Assembly (NCBI RefSeq): GCF_006345805.1
Contig: NC_043000.1
Location: 13,392,001 to 13,456,000 of the forward strand
Direction of reading: 5' to 3'
Source of the DNA: Octopus sinensis
Lineage: Eukaryota
DNA length: 64,000 nucleotides
A program made the position numbers and the translations under genes. The notes under the pieces were generated by a model. It saw nothing but the letters and a program-made list of their open reading frames with translations, did no database searches and had not been told where the DNA came from. Shown here piece by piece: positions 12,984 through 22,467 of this stretch. Numbering within the stretch: position 1 is the stretch's first letter; every line of letters begins with the position of its first letter.

Positions 12984-14087
12984 ATGGAGTTGTTCGAGAT
13001 TGATGCGTCCCTTAAGGATATTCCTATACCACCGAAGGACGCCTTCCTTAAGGAGTTGGTTTGTAAAACCAACGCATTCATAAACCGGATAAGATGGCTC
13101 GTTTTCTTCCACGAGAACGAAGATCTGAAATCGAACCAGACAGCAGCATCGTCCGAATACGGCCGGCTTTTTAAAACATTGGATACGCCGCCACCTAACC
13201 CAAGACTGAAGAAGTTTGAGGACGACTTGTGGGACATAGTTAGAAAGATTAAGTTCAGGAAGTCACCCAGGAGAAATGCCCACCTCAGATACCTAGATAA
13301 AATTACCAAGGACATTAATAGAACGGACGGAGTCCTGGTCCAGTCCGACAAGACCAGGAACACATACAAGCTACCCATTAAGCAGTACCTAGATTTACTC
13401 GGTAAAGAGATCAAGAAAAATTATAGAAAAACCAATTGGAGTACCCTGAGGAAGGTAAACTTGGAAATTAAGGATATAATGTTTAAACACGGAATTCAAA
13501 TGAGAACGCAGCCGCTTAGCCCTAAGCAACCCAGATTTATAGTGAAGGACCATAAACCGAACTTCCACACCAACCCAGCGCTAAGACTCATATGCCCTGC
13601 TAGCTCTGATATCGGGATAATCAGTAAGTACATTTTAGATAAATATATCCCTAGTTTAGTAAACAAGCTGAAGCTCAGCCTCTGGGCCAACTCCTCGCAG
13701 GTAGTGAAGTGGTTCTCTTCCATCCCCAATAAGAACCGTACTAGGTTCATTCAGTTTGATATCGCTAGCTTCTACCCCTCGATTAACCCTAGTGTACTAA
13801 ATAAGGCCTTTTGGCATGCTCACAACAAGGCTGGCCTCACCAGAGAAGAAATAGATATCATTTTAGTTGCCAGGAAATCTTTTATTAAGTTTGATAATAA
13901 GTTGTGGATCCGTAAAGATACTCCCAATGAATTTGATGTGCCTATGGGTAGTTCGGATAGTGCGCAGATAGCCGATTTGGTCGGAATATATATTCTCTAC
14001 GAATTGTCCGACCAATTCCCGGAGATCGCGGGCGGCCTGTATCGTGACGATGTCTGTTTTACCTGCAAAACACCACGAACAGAATAG
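12984..14087 (+). CDS. Penelope-like reverse transcriptase, N-terminal part (ends at frameshift)
   Basis: PLE RT motifs SDKTRN, VKDHK, LRLICP, FIQFDIASFYPSI, VPMGS and YRDD. Confidence 0.9.
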   Translation: MELFEIDASLKDIPIPPKDAFLKELVCKTNAFINRIRWLVFFHENEDLKSNQTAASSEYGRLFKTLDTPPPNPRLKKFEDDLWDIVRKIKFRKSPRRNAHLRYLDKITKDINRTDGVLVQSDKTRNTYKLPIKQYLDLLGKEIKKNYRKTNWSTLRKVNLEIKDIMFKHGIQMRTQPLSPKQPRFIVKDHKPNFHTNPALRLICPASSDIGIISKYILDKYIPSLVNKLKLSLWANSSQVVKWFSSIPNKNRTRFIQFDIASFYPSINPSVLNKAFWHAHNKAGLTREEIDIILVARKSFIKFDNKLWIRKDTPNEFDVPMGSSDSAQIADLVGIYILYELSDQFPEIAGGLYRDDVCFTCKTPRTE

Positions 14088-15697
14088 TGCAGAAAACTAA
14101 GAGCAGGTTAGCTAGGTTTTTTAATAGAATGGGCATGAATATAGTTTTTGATAATGAACTCACCAAGGCTAATTTCCTAGACGTTACACTTAACCTCAAT
14201 AGCGACTCATACTGCCCTTACCATAAGCCTTCCACTAATTTGAAGTATGTCAGTGTCTTCTCAAATCATGCCAAAACCGTAACAGACAATTTGGTTAAAA
14301 ACATCTCTCTAAGATTGTCTGGCTTGTCCGCCAGTGCCGATATTTTTATGCAGAAAGCGGAATTTTATAACGCCGCACTATCCAAGGCCGGTTATAGGCA
14401 GAAGGTAATTTATATTGATCCGGCCCTTCCGATGCCATCATTCGGTCATCAGGATAGGGCCGTCTATAATAACATAAACAATTTAAGTAGTGACGGGAGC
14501 GCGGCGGGTGCTGGGGCAGTCGCTCCCGCATTTAATTTAGCGAACAAGGATAATTATCGGTCCGGGGGATCTCACACTAACCCAAAACCCGTTATTCATC
14601 CGAGAATCACCCACCCGAATGCGAGAGCTGGCGTCCCGACCCATCACATAGATAGGAATAAGCATATATGGTTTGTAATTCCCTTTGGTAAGCAGATTAG
14701 AACTAACCTCCCCCTCATGTTTCGACAAGCCATCGCCAATAACTTCCCCAGAAATTCCAAATATTACTCCACGGTTAACTCGCATAAAGTTAGGATAGCT
14801 TTCTCTAACACTAAAAACCTCGCCCAGATAATCGCCTCCCATAATAATAGGCTGCTTACTAAGACCCTATCACCTTTTTCCGGAGGCACAGCTTCTTCCG
14901 CTCCTGGTTTAATGCTCAGTAGGAATAATAATAGTAGTAATAATGCTATGAGAGCCAGTACAGTGACTCATAATCTCAGCTCCAACCAGGGATTATATAC
15001 TAGGAGTATAGTTATAAATAGGGGTGTTGTAGTTGACGGTAACAATGGCAGTAGTGAGGTGAGCGCAGCTCGGCTCGTTAGGGTAGAGAGTCCCAATAGC
15101 AACCCCACCATCGTTTCCGGCAATAGCAGCACCACGGACACTAGCAATGACAGCACTCTGATAGATAGTGGAGAATCAGGGGTTATTCCGTTAGTTAATA
15201 GTGACGTAGTGGAAAATAAAGTAGTAAGCGGCTGCAGTTCTCGCAACAAATATAGTGACAGTAACGCAGTTCTAATTTCAGAAACTAATCCTAGCAGAAT
15301 AAGATTCACGTCGGCGAACTCCAAGATCAGAAACGCCGTCTACCAATGCAAGGTTTACACGGACTCAGATGTCTACGCCTATGTAGGGGCCTCATCGTCA
15401 AGATTGGCTTTACGAATCTCCAACCATTACGCAACTTTTCGAGACATGAATAAACGCCAGACCACGGGACTCAGCAAGCTAATATGGCGATTGAAGAATA
15501 CGAACTCAAGATACAGGCTGGAATGGTCAATTTTGTCGGTGGCCCTCCCATTTGATAGGGGCAGAAGGAAGTGCAACCTTTGTGTCTCCGAACTCTTCCA
15601 TATATTGTTCGCCAGAGACCGGATGGTAAACGGACTTTTACAGTCGGCTTTTCGATGCCCCCATTGGCGGCGTTATACTTATCTTGCTTATAAATAA
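14051..15697 (+). CDS. Penelope-like RT thumb, linker and GIY-YIG endonuclease (continuation frame)
   Basis: The frame is open from 14051 (CLFYLQNTTNRIVQKTK...). Motifs NFLDVTLNL, PYHKP and IWFVIPFG, then AVY...YVG, RISNH, LSKLIW, CNLC..E and CPH. Confidence 0.88.
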   Translation, partial: CLFYLQNTTNRIVQKTKSRLARFFNRMGMNIVFDNELTKANFLDVTLNLNSDSYCPYHKPSTNLKYVSVFSNHAKTVTDNLVKNISLRLSGLSASADIFMQKAEFYNAALSKAGYRQKVIYIDPALPMPSFGHQDRAVYNNINNLSSDGSAAGAGAVAPAFNLANKDNYRSGGSHTNPKPVIHPRITHPNARAGVPTHHIDRNKHIWFVIPFGKQIRTNLPLMFRQAIANNFPRNSKYYSTVNSHKVRIAFSNTKNLAQIIASHNNRLLTKTLSPFSGGTASSAPGLMLSRNNNSSNNAMRASTVTHNLSSNQGLYTRSIVINRGVVVDGNNGSSEVSAARLVRVESPNSNPTIVSGNSSTTDTSNDSTLIDSGESGVIPLVNSDVVENKVVSGCSSRNKYSDSNAVLISETNPSRIRFTSANSKIRNAVYQCKVYTDSDVYAYVGASSSRLALRISNHYATFRDMNKRQTTGLSKLIWRLKNTNSRYRLEWSILSVALPFDRGRRKCNLCVSELFHILFARDRMVNGLLQSAFRCPHWRRYTYLAYK

Positions 15698-16360
15698 CGC
15701 TTATAAATAATACCTGCACCCGGTTACACTACTTATATGAAAATTTCTGAAAAAGCCTTTAAGAGAGATATGATTAACCACTGCAAGGGGAATTACTCCT
15801 GTGAGATGAATGGGGCTTTGTTTGTGACGACGGGGGGTTTCTTTGACAAGGCATGATTAGACGAACACACGCACACATAAAACATAAAATATTTTTCTGC
15901 CGCCCGACGGTTTTTACTGCAGTGACCATTGTGTAGAGCTGTTTAACAACTGACAGCCGCGCGATCAAACGCACACACGTACACAAAAAATGTTTTCTAC
16001 TCCTTGACGGAGTTCTCAGCAGTGACCAGAAAATAGCGCTTCTTACCAACTTGCGCCAGCACACATATATAGAACAGTAAACACACACATGTCTCTAAGT
16101 AGATTTTTTCTCGCCCCATAAAATACATCCAATATTCTTTAAATAGTCAGAACTTTACTCTCGGTCACAAAGAACATCTACACACCCCGTGCCCTCACCC
16201 ACAGGAATGACCGCTACCCGACCCGTTAAAATCTTCAACACACCCACCACCCGTTCTCAACATACACTGATAAACAGTGTGACCATGGGCTCTTAGGAGC
16301 CTAATTCGATTTGTTTTGCTCCGCCTCTGTTCTGATTTTGTTTTCTCCAACGGATTTCCT

Positions 16361-16451
16361 ATTTCTTCCTGAAGAGAAAGACACAATATGGTCTCATTAT
16401 TCAATCGGATTTTGGTAAATTGTGCCTTTCGAAACACGTGTAGAATGAAAT
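16361..16451 (+). ncRNA. Type I hammerhead ribozyme with extended helix II
   Basis: ATTTCTTC-CTGAAGA-GAAAGACACAAT...ATTGTGCCTTTC-GAAAC-ACGT-GTA|GAATGAAAT. Helices I, II and III can all be paired by eye; predicted cut after 16442. Confidence 0.85.
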
Positions 16452-16473
16452 AAAACGATTTCTGTTCAATCTT

Positions 16474-16789
<316 letters not shown>

Positions 16790-16816
16790 ACATATATGTA
16801 TATATATATATATATT

Positions 16817-16878
<62 letters not shown>

Positions 16879-17086
16879 CATATATATATATACATAGGCA
16901 AAAAAAGATGGGTCATTCTTGGCTTTCTTTCATCAGTCAAGTACCAGAATTCACGGCCATTTCGCACAGTTACGCTTGAGATGGTTCGATCTGCCTGTTC
17001 CCCAAAAAGTCTAAGCTAAGAACATTATACCCCTTTGTAAGGAAGCTAGCGAATATTTCCTTTCTCTGGATCTTTCCTTTTCCTAT

Positions 17087-17121
17087 GTTTCTGACGAAGA
17101 GCTCCGCTCGAAACGTTAAGC
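17087..17121 (+). ncRNA. Minimal type I hammerhead in a short PLE-derived repeat (~16890-17222)
   Basis: GTTT-CTGACGA-A-GAGC-TCC-GCTC-GAAACGTT-AAGC. Related copies at 21922-21957, 22132-22166, 57508-57542 and 57817-57852(-). Confidence 0.7.
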
Positions 17122-17218
17122 CCTCCTTCTTCCCTTCCTTCCCGAGCGTCCAATAATACTATATTTGTTCCACATCCTCGCGTCGTTGTGCTTTCTCTTT
17201 GTGTTTTCATGTTTGGAT

Positions 17219-17294
<76 letters not shown>

Positions 17295-17474
17295 CTATGT
17301 ATGTGTATAAAATGTGTATATATAATGTATAGAGCTTGATAAATGGGGAAACAAGTTCTCACCAGGAACCCTGGGTAGCTGTACTTCACGTGATTTGTTT
17401 TCATTATAAATTATAACATTATTTTTAGTCTCTTAGCAGTCCGGGGGCCATTCTACTTGTTGAAGCCTTAGCAA

Positions 17475-17528
<54 letters not shown>

Positions 17529-17870
17529 ATATACATATATGCACACGCTGATATTTTGATCTTTTTGACAGCTACCTGTATATCTCCAGCGAGGTATTGA
17601 TGTATACCACCACCCAACTCTACAACAAACACAACGGCAATATTCCACCATTACAAAATATGTAAATCGGGTGAAATTTAACCATGGCAATTAATGAACA
17701 GCAGTGGTGTCGCTTTAGATGGATCGAAAATACGTATTAGGTAAATAAAACAACAAAACATGTTACTCTTTATTGCTTCCTGTAACTTCCTGTAATTAAA
17801 TATCTGGGAACTATGAAATTCCTTTATTGCACCTTCATTTTCCGAATATTTGAACACTATTAACCAGAAT

Positions 17871-18025
<155 letters not shown>

Positions 18026-18035
18026 TGTAGATAGG

Positions 18036-18082
<47 letters not shown>

Positions 18083-18330
18083 ATACATACATAAATACAC
18101 ACACGTATATATATAGAGAGAGAGCGAGTTAGAGAGAGATAGATAATAATATATAATATATCATATATACATCATCATCATTGTTCGACCGTGGTCGAGA
18201 CAATGGAATTTACCATGTTGCGCCAGACTTCACGGTCCATCATAGCATTACGGAGGTCCTGTTGCTGGATGCCTGTATCCCTGGAGATTACATCAGGGTA
18301 GGAGAGTGTTTATATATGTTTATATATGCA

Positions 18331-18405
<75 letters not shown>

Positions 18406-19848
18406 ATATATATATATATATAAATGTGCGAGTGTATGTGTGTATATTCCATTTTCCGTCTCTATCGTTTGTTATATATGTATATATATGTGTATGTATG
18501 TATGTATGTATGTATGTATGTATGTATGTATGTATGTATTTATGTATGTATGGTATGTATGTATGTACACACACGCATATATAAACGTGTACATGTATAT
18601 ATACCTATATACGCACATATATGCTTATAGATATGCACACACACACACACACACTCATACATACATACATATATACACCCATATCCATACACATAATTTT
18701 TTAATCGGCGGAAAATATACTAAAGTGGCTCAATTTTCTCAAGTGTGTGCGTGTGTAGGATTCTATATATGTATATACGTATGTACATGTGCATATATAT
18801 ATTTATGTATGCATGTATGTATATGTGTACGCGTATTATATATGTTTGTGGATGTGGCTATATATATATATAGAGAGAGAGGGGGGAGAAAGAAAGAAAG
18901 AAAGAGAGCCTATGAGAAACTGAATTAAATTAATATTACTCTTTTATAAATCGTCACTTTCGTCTTATAATATTTCGGTCAAAGTTTATTATTTGAAGTT
19001 AATGGATATTGTCCTCAATTATCAGTAATATTGGTAAATTTATTAACAATCAATGCGATATGGCAGTTTGCATTTAGCTTGAGCGAGCTGTAGTTAAAAC
19101 TATAATATTGAAATAACAAGGAAGCGAAAAATGTCGTCGGTTTTAAAGCTTTTAACAACCTCTCTTTAAATATGAAATATGTGGCTTCGTATAACTTTTA
19201 AATAGCAATTAATCGTGTGTGAAAATCGAAATTGAACACACAATATTATAGACACATACGCATATATCTTTATTTAACAATTATTGGAGTTAAATGGCGG
19301 TTGAAAGAAAGACCCTATTCACACAGAATTTATTGCTATAACTAAAACCAAATATTTAAATATTAAATTACGTCTAAAATTTGTTAATATTTTTTTATAT
19401 AATTAATGTTATAATAAATACATGATAAATATTTTAAATCTTTTACGCATTAAATACTGTTTCCTTTTATTTTGATTTTCTTATAATGCATATATTTTTT
19501 TACCCCTTTACATTTAACATATTAAAATGCCAAAACGTTTATAGCTATTACTGTATGTCCGATATATTAAATGATTAAATAAATACAGGAGATTAGCAAA
19601 TATACTTATAGATTCTAGGGTCATATTTATTTCTGACAAGCGAACAAAGATCATGCTGTTTAAAGTTTAAAGGAATGGACACAGGTCTTTAGCTGGTGCC
19701 TTTTAAATAAAGGCCCTGTCAAATGTGTTGATTTCATCTGCCCTAGCGATAAAAGACTCATTTGTAAAACCATTCAAAACTTAGATAACGCTTAGATATC
19801 GGTACCTAGTTTGAGGATTTTCTGTGGCATATATACATAAATGAGAAG

Positions 19849-20448
19849 GCGGCGAGCTGGCAGAAACGTTAGCACGCCGGGCGAAATGCTTAGCAGTATT
19901 TCGTCTGCCGTTACATTCTGAGTTCAAATTCCGCCGAGGCCGACTTTGCCTTTCATCCTTTCGGAGTCGATAAATTAAGTACCAGTTACGCACTGGGGTC
20001 GATGTAATCGACTTAATCCGTTTGTCTGTCCTTGTTTGTCCCCTCTGTGTTTAGCCCCTTGTGGGTAATAAAGAAATAGGTATTTCGTCTGCCGTTACGT
20101 TCTGAGTTCAAATTCCGCCGAGGTCGACTTTGCCTTTCATCCTTTCGGGGTCGATAAATTAAGTACCAGTTCCGCACTGGGGTCGATGTAATCGACTTCA
20201 TCCCTTTGTCTGTCCTTGTTTGTCCTCTCTGTGTTTAGCCCCTTGTGGGTAATAAAGAAATAGGTATTTCGTCTGCCGTTACGTTCTGAGTTCAAATTCC
20301 GCCGAGGTCGACTTTGCCTTTCATCCTTTCGGGGTCGATAAATTAAGTAACAGTTATGCACTAGGGTCGATATAATCGACTTAATCCCTTTGTCTGTCCT
20401 TGTTTGTCCCCTCTATGTTTAGCCCCTTGTTGGGCAATAAAGAAATAA
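19849..20448 (+). mobile_element. Family A SINE trimer
   Basis: Units 19849-20078, 20079-20262 and 20263-20448; junction AAGAAATA|GGTATTTCG. Confidence 0.9.
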
Positions 20449-20720
20449 TATATACATAAATGAGTATAAACACATATACACACGAAGTTATGTTTTCGAA
20501 ATATCTATTAAAACCTACGATATATACCTAATGAGTAAGCATTTCATATGTTCCATTAAGCTCTAAAGCAGATCCTTGAGGGAGTGGGGAATTCGTGTTT
20601 TTAGATGGTTAATAAAATGCAGAAGGGTTGCATGGTATCGTAAAGTACACATAAATAGCATATGACATAAGAATAAAGTGTGGAATGGTTTACTCATATG
20701 ATCTACATACTACATACTTG

Positions 20721-21106
20721 TGGAAGCACTCTGTCGGTTACGACGACGAGGGTTCCGGTTGATCCGAATCAACGGAACAGCCTGCTCGTGAAATTAACGT
20801 GTAAGTGGCTGAGCACTCCACAGACACGTGCACCCTTAACGTAGTTCTCGGGGGATATTCAGCGTGACACAGAGAGTGACAAGGCCGGCCCTTTTGAAAT
20901 ACAGGTACAACAGAAACAGGAAGTAAGAGTGAGAGAAAGTTGTGGTGAAAGAGTACAGCAGGGATCACCACCATCCCCTGCCGGAGCCGCGTGGAGCTTT
21001 TAGGTGTTTTCGCTCAATAAACACTCACAACGCCCGGTCTGGGAATCGAAACCGCGATTCTATGACCGCGAGTCCGCTGCCCTAACCACTGGGCCATTGC
21101 GCCTCC
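20721..21106 (-). mobile_element. Family B SINE
   Basis: Reverse complement of 4113-4494; TSD ACATACTACATACT. Confidence 0.9.
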
Positions 21107-21400
21107 ACATACTACATACTGATCATATGAAATCAATAAACTTGTTGACTGTTTGCTACAGTCAGATTTTTAAGTACAAGTGACTTCTTCAGAAGCAATT
21201 ATAAATGCAATCACATCTGTCATGCACTTTAGAACATATGCAAGTATGTGTATGTATATATCTTTATAGCAGAAACAGCTGTATATTAATGGTGATTACG
21301 CAACACCTGTTCTTTTGTCAATCATTAATTTATGCGCGCGCGCACACGCACACACATATATATTTGCATGTATAGCCATATACATATGTACACACACACG

Positions 21401-21431
<31 letters not shown>

Positions 21432-21451
21432 GCATATACATATGAACACGG

Positions 21452-21535
<84 letters not shown>

Positions 21536-21721
21536 GTATATTTATATGTATATTCATTTATATATACATATATATACGTATTTATGTATGTGTGTATATG
21601 TATATGTATGTATATATTATATTATATATATATAATATATTGGTAAAAGCGGTAAGATAACAAAAGAAAGAGAGAGACCTCAATATTATGTAAATAGAGG
21701 AATTTATCTGTAAATGTAATG

Positions 21722-21814
21722 TGTGACAATTATTCGGTAGCCAAGATAAAACTCTGAGTTTTTGGATGCCGAGTTTTATCAGAGTTTTACCTTGGCTACC
21801 AAATAATTGTCACA
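21722..21814. repeat. Inverted repeat, 36-bp arms, 21-nt loop
   Basis: 21722-21757 versus 21779-21814, 2 mismatches. Confidence 0.9.
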
Positions 21815-21831
21815 GATATATATATATATAT

Positions 21832-21866
<35 letters not shown>

Positions 21867-22325
21867 TCAAAATGTAACCACATTTTTTTCTTCCGTCTTC
21901 CTTTTTATTGGAGTTTCTTCTGTTCCCGAAGAAGAGCGTTTGCTTGAAATGTTAAACCATCTTTCTTTCCTTCCCTGAACATCTGCTAATACTTTACATG
22001 TACCACGTCTTCGCGTTGTTGTTTTCTTGTGTTTGTTGTTCTTTGAATTAACTATATATATGTTGACCTCGTGAGACCACTTGCATTTTTTTCCCTCTGT
22101 CCTCCCACCTCGGGATCTTTCTTTCTCCTATGTTTCCGACGAAGAGCTCCGCTCGAAACGTCATACCCTCCTTCTTCCCTTTTTTCCTGAGCACCTAATA
22201 ATACTTTAATTGTTCCACCTCCTTGCGTTGTTGTTGTTTTTGTTTTCTTGTTGGATTAACGGTTGAGTCGGGGTTAACCACAGTAAATAAGGTACTCAAT
22301 ACATAGCAGAGTAAATTAATTTATT

Positions 22326-22443
22326 TTATAGAAGGAGCTTCTACAGGACTAGAACTGTTTCATTCAAAAGAAATCATCAGGAAGCTCCTGATGATTTCTT
22401 TTGAATGAAAACAGTTCTAGTCCTGTAGAAGCTCCTTCTATAA
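22326..22443. repeat. Near-perfect 118-bp palindrome containing a hammerhead
   Basis: Arms 22326-22382 and 22386-22443 (one extra A); 3-nt centre AGC. Confidence 0.92.
22333..22389 (-). ncRNA. Type I hammerhead-like motif
   Basis: Minus strand reads AGGAGCTTC-CTGATGA-TTTCTTTTGAAT-GAA-ACAG-TTCTAGTC-CTGT-A|GAAGCTCCT. Helix I is 9 bp and helix III 4 bp, with a GUA triplet. The base of helix II is a non-canonical U-U. Confidence 0.7.
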
Positions 22444-22467
22444 CATAAAATATATATATATATATAT

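Noticed and set aside
14051-14087. Programmed ribosomal frameshift between the PLE ORFs
   Set aside because: No slippery heptamer. PLEs normally have a single ORF, and a 1-bp deletion in the conserved YRDDGL motif explains it more simply.
21185-21192. Minus-strand CTGAAGA followed by an AGTCA/TGACT stem
   Set aside because: No GAAA after the stem.
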